NCBI RefSeq assembly: GCF_006345805.1 | Contig: NC_043000.1 | Span: 94,364,001 to 94,428,000 of the forward strand | Direction of reading: 5' to 3' | Length of the DNA stretch: 64,000 nucleotides | From: Octopus sinensis | Taxonomy: Eukaryota | In this document: in pieces, positions 27,105 through 40,162 of the stretch | Layout of the letters: each line of letters opens with the position of its first letter | Numbering within the stretch: the stretch's first letter is position 1 | Notes under the pieces: generated by a model | Database searches by the model: none | What the model saw: only the letters and a program-made list of their open reading frames with translations | Told to the model about the DNA's origin: nothing | Made by a program: the position numbers and the translations under genes

Positions 27105-30100
27105 GTGCCACCAATATGAAACTTTCAGTATCAACTTTCAGTCCTAAACTTCTCAGCCACTGATGCGTTGTTGCTTGATCTACATCAGCATTTCGATTTT
27201 GAAGTGTATGCTGTCCAGATAGAGGCTTCTGGCTCCACCGATCGTCAATTTGTTTCCGCTCGTTCCTTTAAGCAGTGTGTTTGATCCATTTTGCTTGTTT
27301 TGTGGCAGTGGTTTCAGATTCTTCAAATATTTCAGGATTAATGCCAATTTCCCTTGCGAATCTGCAAGCTTCCATGACAATAGAATGTGATTTTTTGCTG
27401 CTTCTGTTTTTGCACGCATATCGCAGCGTCCTGTCCTCTGTACTTGATAAGTATCTGCTCATTGCTATTGAGAAGGTCTTATAGCACAGTTCTACCTGCA
27501 TCATTCCTCTTCCTCCATTACTTTTAGGTAGGTACAGACGATTAACATCTGCTTTTGGGAGGTGCATGTTCTAGAAGCTAGTAGTTTTCATGTCCTCCTG
27601 TCCAGGCGTTGGCGCTCTGTAAGATTCCAGTTAACTATGTTAAAACTGTATTGGACTACTGGAAGTACTAGGGTGTTAATAGCTTCGATTCGATTTTTAG
27701 TATGAGTCTTATTCTCCTGTAATATTCTTTTCTTAGTTTTTCCTTCATAGTAACATGTTGTATACCATCTCCTTCGTTTATCCCCTGGTATTTGTAATTT
27801 TCTTGTGGGTCAAGTTCCTTGATGGTAGTGTCGCTATCTAATATAATGGAAGCTGTTTGCTTGAGCTTGACTCTTACAAAAGTTGCTTTAGCACACTTAT
27901 CAAGGTCAAAATCCATTCCGATGTCATTACTGAATTCTTTAACAGTTATTCGCAGCCCCACTAGCTTTTTGTCATTTCTAGCAAACATCTTCTGATCGTC
28001 CATATGGATTATTGTCGTATTGTAAACTTTGAATCCATAGCCGCTGTTATTTAGTTCGTTTGAGAGTGAGATATGTACCTTGCAAATGGAGATGAGTCAC
28101 ATTGAAAGATGCCTCGTTTGATGTTGATGTTATTTGTTTGGCTCATCCCATTACTATTGTTTAGAAGGAGACGTGTGTTCCTCTTGGCCATGCTACCTTG
28201 TAGGAATTTGGAAATTACAGGAGAGATCTTATATATCTCAGGGACCTTGAGTATCCAATTATGTGGGACACTATCAAACGCTTTCCTGTAGTCTATCTAT
28301 GCCATACTCAGGTTCTTGTATTTGCTCCAGCAATTCTTCACAGTCATTTTACTTATAAGTAATTAATCTTTGCACTCATAAGAATTCACTTTGCAACCTT
28401 TTCGAGCTGGTGGAAAGAGAGATCTCTGTCCAAGGAAAGTGTATATTTTGTCAGTTAATATGGATGTGAGGATCTTCTAGGTGGTGTTGAGACATGTTAT
28501 TGGTCGGTAGTTCTTTGGTGAGTTTTTGGTAGAAATATGTTGTTCCTTCGGTCAACCAGGCAGGTATTTGCTTTAAGTTCTGGATGACATCAGTCAGAGA
28601 TGCAGCGAAATTTTGGTGTATTTCTGTGAGACAATTTAGCCAGATGTTACGAATTCGGTCCAGTCCTGAGGTTTTCAATTTGTGAAACTTCCTATAAACA
28701 CATCTTAGCTCTTCTATTTCTATTGTCTCCCATTTCTGCTCTTCAACTTCATCTAGTTTCACTTTATTATGCTCTATCCAGTCAGCTTTAGCATTATATT
28801 CTTTTTTGTTGGTCCATATCTTCTTCCAGAACTCTTCCGTTTCCCCAGTCTTAGGTGGCTCCTTTACTTCTGTCTTACTTTTGCCAATTTCCCTATATAA
28901 TTTCTTTGCATCCGACTTGACTATCTTATTTTGTCGATAAAATTTGATTCGTTTGTCATACCTTCTAAGCCGTTGGGCTTTCAGTTGTATTCGTTGTTTC
29001 AAGTGTTCCCTGATTTTATATTTTTGCTTGATATTTCTACCTCGTTTCGTCTGAACATTTACTCCTCTAGCAAGTTCATCGAGAACTGATACATCCGCCC
29101 GCAGAGATTCAATCTCTTTTTGTATTGCTACTTTCCACTTAGGAGGTCTATTGACATGGCTGGCCTTTTTCTGTGTTGACCTGATACCTACTTGAACAGT
29201 GGAATAGATGATGCTATTCAAGGCTGTTAGGTCATTTCCCCTATTACCTAAGATCTGTCTAAGAGCAACATTATATATCATGATTATGTTGTTTTATTTA
29301 TGCTGGTTGATAACTTTACCAGTGGTTCTCTATTCATGATGTCAGTAGACACAATCTTGCAGAGTTCTCTCTTTTTTCTTATCCTTATTCTTAGTCGTTT
29401 GTATTTTTGAAGAAATAGTTGACCTATGATCGCTTCGACATGTGGCATGTTGCACACCGTACGCGTGTTCAGTCGATTTGATGGAGGGAACGAGCTTATG
29501 TACTGTACAAACATTTGATCACTATGAACAAATTATCTATGCAAGCTATTCAGCAAGAAATTGCAGAAAACTCATGTGCTGTCTTCGGCAGGAGTGTTGA
29601 AGATGCATGTTCAGAGTTCTCTCTTTTTCCTTATTCTATGAACTACTCTTTATTATTCAATTCAAATTCTGTGTCTTAACTATTCTGGTGTTCTTGAAGT
29701 AGGTCTACTTTCTCCTCTTTTCCTGCATATCTGTCCTTCGCTATTCTTTCTTCGGCTTCCTCGTTGGGATGTACTGCTCGTACACTGGGTTCTGTGCACC
29801 TGTTACCTATTTTAGCTACATTGTTGCTGTTTTCATTTGGTCTACGATAAGATATTTGTGTCCTAATTAGGCTAATTTCAGTGTCAATTAACCTTTTATT
29901 TTTAATGATGTCTCTACGTACATTACTTAGTTTATTTGCATCTGTATATCTGTGAGCTTCATTGCCTACTAAGTTTCTCCATGAAATGTAAGTTTGCATT
30001 ATGACGTCATTGTTTGGGTTTAGTTGGGCTGTATAGAAAGCTTTCAGCACATCTCTATAATCCTCTCTAGCCCATTTTATGCGTTTTGTTTTGGTAATGT

Positions 30101-30385
30101 TTTTGGTGGCGTCACCACAGGTCTAGTGTTAGGGTTCTCCTGGATCTGGTTACCGAGCAGACTTTTCGATCCCAGTCTATTTCCCCACTAGGTAACGCGG
30201 TCTTTGTTGTCCCGGGTGATTGCCGAACCGGCATGAATTTTGGTTTGTCATTAAGGTATTGACAGTGGCAATAGAAGACGAGTCTGTTTGTTGAGAGTTG
30301 ACTTTTTGACCTGACACCGCTTCCTCGTTCTTCGAATAGATATATTTATGATGTCGTAGGCTGATAGATCGAAAATCGCCTTTAT
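27105..30385 (-). mobile_element. 5'-complete, 3'-truncated R4/Dong-type LINE pseudo-ORF (Dong A)
   Basis: KRIKWAREDYRDVLKAFY N-terminus; FYRQNK..FWKKIW; RT motifs IPAWLTEGTTY, MDD, GMDFDLDKCA, YKYQGI; RLYLPKSNGGRGM; ends near HQWLRSLGLKVDTESFI; many stops/frameshifts. Confidence 0.9.
29391..29611 (+). mobile_element. 5'-truncated SINE tail inserted in Dong A with target-site duplication
   Basis: Matches 34330-34500; flanked by cagagttctctcttttt at 29360 and 29612. Confidence 0.75.
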
Positions 30386-30465
30386 ATGTTTTTTTTTTTG
30401 GTAGTCATGTTTCTCGGCATAACCGTTTTAGTAAAAAAGAATATTACTGTTATTATTATTATTAT

Positions 30466-30496
<31 letters not shown>

Positions 30497-31129
30497 CCCG
30501 GGGCTACAGCAGAGCTCACTTGCCCAAGGGGCCACACAGTGAGGTTGAACACAAAACTATGTGGTTGGAAATCAAGCTTCTTACCACACAGCCACATCTG
30601 CGCCTGTATATGATATATCTTATAAACAATGAGTTACCTTTATTACCTTGGTATTTTGAATTTATGCAAAATATGTGAATAAATGTCTGCTTGAAGTAAT
30701 GGAATATGATAATATTTATTTGTTTCATATATTGAAAAATATCAACGAATGTCTTCAAATGATACATTTAATTGAGTTACAAGATACCTAAATAAGATTC
30801 TAATAAAATAATTATGTCTTAGGTTTGTCTCGGAGTAGAATTTTGCTCTCGTTTGATGAAGTTTCACTGCTTTAATCTGATTCCTTTATAACACCAAATA
30901 AAAGAATAAATTAAATTCATAAATTTGTTATTTACACAAGTATGAAATATTTTAAATGTCATTATGGAGTCTAGTTCCGTATTGTATCTATTGTCGATTT
31001 GCACAAGTCTCCTGCAGCGTAGAATACCGTTAAAATGGTCTCATATTATTTTCATCGTTGAAAGACCGAACCTAACACTTGTTGAGATATGTATCATCGT
31101 ATCTTTACCGACGTCTTCTTCGTTTCCAC

Positions 31130-31545
31130 TATTATTGCCTGTTGAAGTCTGTGAGCGGGCAGTATCGTTAGTACACCGGGAAAAATGCTTAGCAGTATTT
31201 TGTCCCGTCTTTATGTTCTGAGTACACATTCCACCGAGGTTGACTTCGCCTTTCGTCCTTTCGGTGTCGTTAAAATAAATATCAGATGAGCACTGAGGTT
31301 AATGCACTCGACTAGCCCACTACCCACCAAATTTCAGACCCTGTGTCTATAGTAGAAAAATTATTTAAGTTGGCGAGTTGGTTGAATAGCTTGCCGGACA
31401 AATACTTCTTTCGGCTTTACGTTCTGACTTTACCTTTCATCCTTCAGGGATAGATAAAATAAGTAACAATCGAGCAATGGCGTCGATGTCATTAACTAGC
31501 TTCGTCCTTCACCACAGTTTCCAGACTTTGTGCCAATAGAAGAAA
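31130..31545 (+). mobile_element. Two group N SINE copies
   Basis: gtatcgttagtacaccggg..gttgacttcgcctttcgtcctttcgg.. and tggcgagttgg..tttcatccttcaggga.agataaaataagta. Confidence 0.7.
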
Positions 31546-31559
31546 AATATTATAATCTG

Positions 31560-32330
31560 TTGATTTGGTATAATCATTCATAAAGTGAACCAGATGTTTT
31601 TCATTCACTGGTTTGTTGCAACACTCCAGATCGTCATTTTGGGTTATATTATCTTCATGTTCTGTCATCATGGCCAGAAGGGGCATCACGTCTTTCTCTT
31701 CTTTTGTAGCGCTAAAATGTTTGTAAAAGCCTGAACATTTTACCTGTTCTGTGTATCATATATGATACATAAGATATATATCTTGACACCCATGACTTCT
31801 ATATGATTCCCATTTATTTTTTCAGCCACGAAAAGAAAAGAAAGCTTATTCTTTTTCTCTCAGAGCGTATGAAACAATGGCTAACTAAAAATCTGGAAAC
31901 AAGCGCTACCAAAATTATGAAAATGATTTGGACAAGCAAACGGTTAAGACTATTCTGTGATTTTTTAATTAGATTGAATAATGTGATATTCTCGGTAAAA
32001 TCATTTGCTATTACTTCTGAATTAACTTTAATATAATATCAATTAATATATTTACATTGATGTAATTGATATATAGAAGTATTTTCTGACCAGAACACTG
32101 TTTCATAATGCTAGTAAGAATATATTTGGACTGTTTAAGATTTACAGCAGCTGGATAAACAGTAAAATTGTCAATAAACAATACAGTTTTATTCTCTTCT
32201 TTCGGATTATGTCTCTGTCAAATTCCCTCAGTTATATGGTAAATATTCTTCTGCCCATCCAGTTGATCTCGCTGCTATTATATGTCATCGGAAGTGTCTT
32301 CCCAACAAACATCAACGTTGTTTATGCTTC
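31560..32330 (-). mobile_element. Ancient pogo/Tigger-like transposase relic
   Basis: LPMTYNSSEINWMGRRIFTI*LREFDRDIIRKK/TVLFIDNF..VSHCF.. and an acidic tail; resembles DDE_1 pattern LPVxYxxNxxAWM..IF..W..FD..LLxIDN. Confidence 0.55.
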
Positions 32331-32591
32331 TCGATCGCTGGTAATATTATATTTTGTCACTTCATGAAACTCTGGAAGTTCTATAACTAAAACGCCATCT
32401 TCGCGTTTATTATATTTATGATTATGTGACTGAACATGATTTGAACATCAACACATTAGGCCTTTTAAGGCGCAGAATGTGACACGTAAATTTATTACTA
32501 GCTCAAGAGTATCAAGCTCACTACTCTACAAGACAATAACTGTGTACATAAAGTTTACTTACGTTCTACTTAGTCCAAGCTTATATATCTA

Positions 32592-32745
32592 CTAGCAGTA
32601 TAACCCGGCTTTGCCCGGGATTAATTTAGGATTATAATGCTAATCAAGTTCTTTATTTCAAACCAAACTAAGTAACATCGACGTCAAATTTGGGTGAAAT
32701 ACGTTGAACTTGGTTTATATATGTATATATATATATATATGAGCA
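32592..32745 (-). mobile_element. Non-autonomous Helitron 3' end
   Basis: Minus strand cccgggcaaagccggg hairpin then ttatactgCTAG|T, same terminus type as 63413-63791; 5' limit uncertain. Confidence 0.65.
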
Positions 32746-33849
32746 ACACAAACACGCATACATACACACACGTACGTATGTACACCTATTGCCTACATGT
32801 TTTTGCCCCAACACGTCCACAGTCTAATGACTGAAACATGTAGAAGACAAAAGGTGTATGTATGAATTAAGTTGACTAAAATGCCCTCAAATCAAGCGGT
32901 TTCATGTTTCAACAACAGCAGCTGTGTTGTTATTTTACTCATTATCCCATTATCATTTGACAACGAGCCAGCAGGAGCGTTAGCACGTCGGAAACAAAAT
33001 GTTTAACGGTATTTTTTTCGGCTCATAACGTTCTGAGTTCAAATTCTGCTGCGGTCGACTTTCATCCCTCCGTAATCTATAAAACAAAGAAAACAGTCAA
33101 GTACTGAGGTCGATGAAATCGACTTGCATCGTTCCCTCAAAATGGCTGTTCTTGTGCCAAAAGCTGAATCCATTTTTTCCTTAATCATAACAGCACAAAA
33201 TGATACATCTAGCTTACTTATCCTCCAATCACTCAAAGTCATATTTTAATGATATCTACGGGCATAACAGTAGTTTGGTCTCCTATGAGGTTTTTTTGCA
33301 GTTTATTTTGATATCCTTAATTCACTCAATATAAGCCGTATTAATAGATTCTGACAATGATTTCATATTCTTTAATTTATTTAATGATAGCAACTATGGT
33401 TAAGACAAATTTAATAGTGTTGATCACGGACTTGATACTGAAAACAAAACAAAAAATGGCGTCTATTCATTGCATTATTCAAAATCATGTTTTTATATCA
33501 TCCACAATGAAGATTTATTTCTTCAAAAAAAAAAAGAAAGAAAGAAAAATATTTCAATTATATAAAGTAATATTTTAACCTTTAATTCACTAAATTGTTG
33601 AGAATAACTTGAATACATTTGACTCGCCTGACACGGGAATCACTAATTTTCACATTAAATTAAATAAATGTTCAATATTATGTTAAATTTTGTCAATTTC
33701 ATTTTATTCGAAATCGATAAAAATGGCACAATAGACTTTATTTGCATACGCAATTAACCGGTCAATTTTGCATAGATTTCAAACTAAATTCTTAGATCTC
33801 GTGAAAAGTCAAGCAATTAATTAAATTCTACAAATATCCAGCGATCCAC

Positions 33850-34130
33850 AGAATAATGAAGGCGCAAATACAATGCAAAAATGGCAGCAGACATAAGAAA
33901 TACACAAAATATATTATATGAATTAAATGCATAGTAACTATAGAACAGCTGGAAATATGAAAAATCTCATAAAACAGAACACAAAATGCATCATACAAAA
34001 CAACAAACTAACCATAATAAAACACAACAAAATTCTGAAAGCAAAATCATGTTCATCAGTAACAAACCATACATCTGTAAAACCGAGACCACATTACAAA
34101 TAAAGAATGTGATTTATAACATTGATCGTA
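33850..34130 (+). mobile_element. Penelope-like relic (linker and start of GIY-YIG)
   Basis: NYRTAGNMKNLI.. /KNVIYNIDRKNCWK resembles YRRxxNLK..NVIYxIxCxxC. Confidence 0.45.
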
Positions 34131-34239
34131 AAAATTGTTGGAAGTTAACATCATGACTCCAACTGTTACATTGATCATCTAAGTACAACAATGCCTTGTA
34201 GAATCACCATGTATTTATTACAAGGAGTAATTGCAACGC

Positions 34240-34500
34240 TATATTACAGTGTTTCACTCACGATCGCGAGACCGGACACAGTCGTTTGTATTTTTGAGGA
34301 AAACACTTCATTTCAAGTTGACCTGCGATCACTTCAACATGTGGCATGTTGTACACCGTGCACCTGTCCAGTCGAGTTGATGGATGGAACGAGCTTATGC
34401 ACATTTGATCACTGTGAATAAATTATCTATGCAAGCTCTTCAGCAAGAAACTGCAGAAACCTCATGTGCTGTCTTCGGCAGGAGTGTTGAAGATGCATGT
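34240..34500 (+). mobile_element. SINE group V with a third tail type
   Basis: cactcacgatcgcgaga..aaaacacttcatttcaagttg followed by the tail also found at 29430-29611. Confidence 0.7.
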
Positions 34501-35631
34501 ATGGATGCATACGCATACACACACACTCATACACTCACACATATATATACATACACACAAAACAAAGACATACACACATACATCATGATGTATGTATGTA
34601 AGCATGTATTTATGCATACACGCATATATGTATGTATTTATGTACGTAGCTATGTATGTATTTAGAACAGTCTACACTACTAATAGGGAGAAGAAAAATT
34701 ACAGGAAGAGATTTATGTGAAGATGAGGCTCCTGGCATGAGTTACATATATCATGTTTCTGCTGTTTCATAAGGACTGTAAGTTTAGTACAACATACTTA
34801 TTAATATTAGAAATAATATATATGTGTGTGTGTGAAATATATGTGTGTGAAGTTGAAGTATGTCTGTGAAATATACGCGTGTGTGATTACAAAGTATATA
34901 TGTAGGCGTATATAAATAGTCATGAAAAACGCACAAAAGCATGCGCCTTATGTTCCCTCGGTGTCATTCATAGTTCAATGTGTTTTCATATATATCTGTG
35001 AAAGACGAATTTTCTCCCGTGTCTATTTCCGCAACAGAAAGTCTTCTCATGTCTGAATGTACTCAAACGTTTTAAACATTACTTTACATGAATATATTTT
35101 ATATGCACGCACACGAACATATATTCGTGTATAAATATGTGAGTATATACATTTTGCCACTTGGCATGTTGGATTTACACAAACAACCTTAACTTTGGGT
35201 ATAATCATGATTCTTTTTCTCGCACTACGCTAACAAATTTAATGGAGAACAATTTTTTATGCTTACGTATATACGTACAAATCATATCCATTCAGCTACT
35301 GGACATACGAAATTCACACAACCTCGATATTTTGACTCTCAATAATCACATGCAAGGGAACATGACAACTCTAACTTTTGGTTTACTTTTGCTGCCTAGA
35401 CCTCACGACAAATAAGTTCCCAAATTTCCAAGACTTCTCGTTGTAGCTTTATTCAAAAAAGACCACAATTCAAACATAAATAAACAAAAGAAATATATTT
35501 ACACAAAAATACAAACCACGAAGAAATAATATTAAAAAGCCACATAAACACTAACCCACGGACAATAAAGATCTAAAATGATATAATGACTACAGACAAG
35601 CAATTCCTGTCTACTCTACCACTTGAAAGAC

Positions 35632-36531
35632 TACAATGAGGTATCAAAAAATTCCCAGACTAGTTCTGTAGCGCGGCAACAGTTGGCGGCACACAATTAC
35701 GTGTGCAGTGAGAGCTACTAGGGACCTTCATGAAGCAGTGTGCCGATTGAAATTGTGTTTACTTTGCACATTGTGAAATTTGTGTATTTTTCATCACGTG
35801 TATGCTATAGTCTGCGATTTTATCATGGACATGAGCTAAGAGCCAAGGTGTATTTTTGCATTAAACATGGGAAGTCTGCTGTAGAGATATTGAGCATGAT
35901 TCAACAAACTTTGGCGATGAGGCAATGGGTCATTCGCAATGTTTCGAGTAACCCAGGTGTTGAAAAGCGGATAAACCTCCCTGGAAGACGATGACCTATC
36001 TAGAAGACCTGCTGAGAACATCACCTACAGAAATGTGGTATTGTGCATCGAGAATTCGTGCCCTAGGGCCAGACCATCAATTGAAGGTTCTACTACGACG
36101 TTTCAAAACGTTTGAAGGAGATTCAGCGAAAGCGACCTGATCTGTGGAGCGCGACAAATTGGATTCTTCACGACGACATTGAACTCTGTCACCGAGCTCT
36201 CCTCACTCATGAATTTCTCGGCAAATACAACATGGGATTACTTTCGCACGTTCCCTATTCACCGATTTAGCACCTGCAGCCTTCCATGTCTTCTCCAAGA
36301 TGGAAATGCACCTCAAAAGTCGGCGTTTTAACACCGTTGTCGAGATCCAGAGCGAATCGCAGGTCCTTGACTCGCTTACGGAAAACGACTTCCAGGCCCG
36401 ATTCCAAAGGTGGCAAGAACGGTGGTACCGATGTATTGCCGTGCAAGGTGACTATTTACCAAAAACTTAGGTAAATAAGTTATTTTTTATTAAGCATAAC
36501 TAGGCCGGGAACTTTTTGACACCACTTCATA
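35632..36531 (+). mobile_element. Internally deleted mariner transposon
   Basis: ~32-bp imperfect TIRs (35634-35665, 36498-36529) with TA flanks; decayed transposase FCIKHGKSAVE..GIVHREFVP*GQTIN..WILHDD..PYS/DLAP..RWYRCIAVQGDY. Confidence 0.9.
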
Positions 36532-36834
36532 AATATACAGAACTTGGTTGCTTGGGACCGTCACTAGACACGTTCACTCAACTGCAATCAGCTTTAACAT
36601 TCGGAACAAAAAATACTGTCACATGACATTAACGCACGGACAAAACGAGGAATTTACAAATACTTCTGAGGCTAATAAATGGATCTTAATGATTTGTAGG
36701 AAAGTGATATTTCGTTATGCAAGAATAATATACAATAAAGTATATTAGAATGTAAATTGGTATGTCCAATAACTTAACACAGCTGTATGCAGTGGTTATA
36801 TAAGCAATGTGTTCGTAGGCGACGACGAGTTAGA

Positions 36835-36884
36835 TGGGTGCTGATGAAGGAGCAAACATTCCCGAAATATGGCATATACGCTCA
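36835..36884 (+). ncRNA. Minimal type I hammerhead ribozyme motif (HH2)
   Basis: TGGGTG-CTGATGA-A GGAG caaaca TTCC C-GAAA-TATG g CATA-TA-CGCTCA: 6-bp stem I, 4-bp stem II, palindromic stem III, AUA triplet. Confidence 0.8.
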
Positions 36885-37247
36885 ATACTCATTTTTGTCT
36901 TCCATCTAATTGTTTATTTACATCTAACATCTTGATACGAAACGTTGTAGCAAAAGTCAATGCTGGTTATAATTTCTATCGAATATCTGTAGACATAATC
37001 TTAACAAAATAATGTAAAAAGCCCTGCTAACACAATAGAACGTAGTATTGAATTATAAAACATTTAATATACTTTATAGCATATTATGTTTGCATAACGA
37101 AATACCATGTACCTACGAACCATTAATATTTACGTACCAGCTTCCAGGAATGCGTTTAATATGTAAATTGATATATTCAATAACATAACACCGCGCTATA
37201 TGCGGTAGCTGTATAACTAATGTATACGGGGGCGAAAACGGGTTACG

Positions 37248-37296
37248 TGGGTGCTGGTGAATGGGCAAAATTCCCGAAATATGGCATATAAGTTCA
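37248..37296 (+). ncRNA. Degenerate copy of HH2
   Basis: Core mutated to CTGGTGA, stem I first pair lost; GAAA-TATGGCATA-TA retained. Confidence 0.5.
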
Positions 37297-37722
37297 TTAC
37301 CTGATCTCGTTACTTCGATCTCGTTGTTTGTTTACATCTGACGTTTCGATACGAAACGTTATAACAAAATTTAGTGCTAGCCATCCTTTCTATAGAATAT
37401 CTGTAGAAATTACATTAACAAAATAAGGGAATGATCCTCTTTGTATCAAATTGCAACATAAACAGATGCTAATTTGAGCCATGTTCTCTCCATGAAAGCG
37501 AGGGAATTTTCAAACTCCAGTTAGAAGGAAGACAGTACTTGTGGTAGAGTCCCACGTCTTTCTATCTCATTTAACTTTTGAAAATCAGAAACAAACTGTG
37601 AAACTGGTTAAGCTTTTAAAAATAAATATTCTAAAAGACTCCCAGTGCATTTTCAACTTCTTACTATATTTCTACCCGTGTGGAATACAATAAATTTCTT
37701 TCCTGCGCGCGTGTGTGTGTGT

Positions 37723-37838
<116 letters not shown>

Positions 37839-38787
37839 GTATACTTACACATACATATATATATTCCCACACAGACTGCTTATTTATTGGTAAAAATTAT
37901 CAGATTCAGTCAGACTCAGTACACATTTATTCCGGAAATGTACAGTCTTTATAAACATAATGGTGTATGCCTATGTCTAAGTAATTACACACGTTATGAA
38001 TACATACGTATACGCAAATAAGCTGTATCTGGTTCTCTATACAAACATATATACTTATTTGTGTAAGAGCACGTACGTCTGTTTCTCCACCCTTCCCCCT
38101 CTCTCTCTCTCTTTCTCCCTGTATATATACGTATACCTATATGTATACATATATATAAATAAATATATATATATATATATATGCATATACATATACATGT
38201 ATCTGCAAGTATATGGTTATTTATATGTACATGTATACAAGCACTTACACATATAAAGCATTCACATACATGAATATACATTTATAAGTATGCACAAGCT
38301 TTATATAAGTATGTATGTATGTGTGCCTTCATATACATATACATGTGCGTTCTCATAGAAACACACCCATAAGCAGGTGTGTATTTATTTTATCTTAGAT
38401 CTTTATGTATGTCTATATGTGTATATATATGCATATCTACGTGCTTATAGTTCTATGCGACCGGGGTTGTATAGGTGTATATGCGTTCATTTACATTGCG
38501 GGTCGTGTCTATTGTAGCATGTCGGCCGCAACAGTCGGCTGGTTTGCTATCTCTTGTCTGCTGACATAAACGTTCTATAAAACCTTTGACCTTAGTCCCT
38601 CGTAATATAGTTCCCTGCACCGATTTCCAAACTACAATATCGACATTTTCATTACAAAGAGATGAAAGTGTTTTTCAAATTCGCAGGTTTATATACACGG
38701 GTATATGTGTGTGCATGTGTATGTTTGTGTATGCATATATGTTTGCATAAATATATACATACAAACATATATATGAGTATATATATA

Positions 38788-38834
<47 letters not shown>

Positions 38835-39083
38835 ATATACATATGTATGTATGTACGTATATACAAATATATGTGTGTGTGTATATGTAAGTATTTATGT
38901 ATTATTATGTATGTATGCGGCCGTCTACGTTTATTTATGTGTAAGATATATTTATACAAACGTATATTTGCTTATTTATATTTCATAAGCATAAATGTAT
39001 TATATATATATATATTGCATGAACATATATATGCGCGTATGTGTGTGTACATATATAAACACATATTTGTACGTATATATTTG

Positions 39084-39123
<40 letters not shown>

Positions 39124-40057
39124 GCTTTATATGTGTGTGTATTTATGTGTTTGTTTGTACATAGATATGTATGCATGAATACACACATATATATATATAT
39201 ATATAGGTAAAGAGAGAGAGAGAGAGAGAGCTGGAAAGGGAAAGAGAAGGAGACAGAACGATGTTGGTTGTACTTGCAATATTATCAAATATCATAAGGT
39301 GTTGTATGAACCTTAAACTGACCTTAAACTCTTTTAGTGGTTAGATCTGAGCTTGAGAGATTTATTTTAACTAGGAAACCATTTGATGGTCACTGAAGAC
39401 CATAACTACTTGCACTATTGATGTTATTTTCTCTTCTTTCAATTATTGTTGTGGTTCATGTTGTAGTTGTTGCTGGTACTTTGGTTGTTATGATGTTAGT
39501 GTAGGTGCCACTGCTGCTGCTGGTAGTTTATAATGTTACTATTTTTGTTGTTCATGTTGCTACTAGATATTTCCAGTAAATTGCCAGCTTGTACGAAATT
39601 CACGTCACGAATGTGCTCGACCGAAGGAAGCTGTGTATCCATCTTGTCTTTAACGAATGGTTTGTTGTCAGAAGTTTAAAACTCAAAATATGCCGTTGCC
39701 ATTATAAAGACATCCGGGATTTTGCTTAGACCATGCGGAAATTTAGGCTCGTAGGGGAGTCAGATGAATATTAAAAAATAGAAGTTCATTTTAAAGAAAT
39801 TTAAGCTATTATTGGTTTTCTTTAATTTTTTATTATTTTAACTCATTTAAGAGAATGATTCAGTTATGAAAACATGATTCCATCAAATTGATTTCTGTTT
39901 TATATTGAAACCTCGACCTTAATGTATATCGCTAGTAAAGTTAAAAGAGAGATTAATGCTACTACAACACACATTTGTGTCCTGTTTTCTAGAAATATGG
40001 CGTCTTGTATTTAGCTAAATGATGACTCGCATTCATTAGTGGATCATAGAAAAGACA

Positions 40058-40162
40058 CATAAATTAGCGAATCGTAGAAGATCGCATAAATTAGTGACTT
40101 GTAGAAGTGTCACATGAATTAGTGACTTGCAGAAGAGTCGCATAAATTAGTGAAAAGTAGAA
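40058..40162. repeat. 27-28-bp minisatellite, ~4 copies
   Basis: cataaattagtgacttgtagaagagtcg-like units start at 40058, 40085, 40113, 40141. Confidence 0.85.

Larger units (their letters stand above)
36750..37430 (+). repeat. Two diverged ~270-bp direct repeats (hammerhead spacing 413 bp)
   Basis: atgtaaattg..gggtgctg.tgaa.gg..ttcccgaaatatggcatata..tacatct.ac.t.t.gatacgaaacgtt..tttctat.gaatatctgtaga occurs twice. Confidence 0.85.

Noticed and set aside
30190-30385. Possible HDV-like ribozyme in the Dong A 5' UTR
   Set aside because: I could not build the nested double pseudoknot by eye; an RNAmotif/Infernal search is needed.
40058-40162. CRISPR-like 28-bp repeats
   Set aside because: Units are contiguous with no unique spacers, no cas genes, eukaryotic context.
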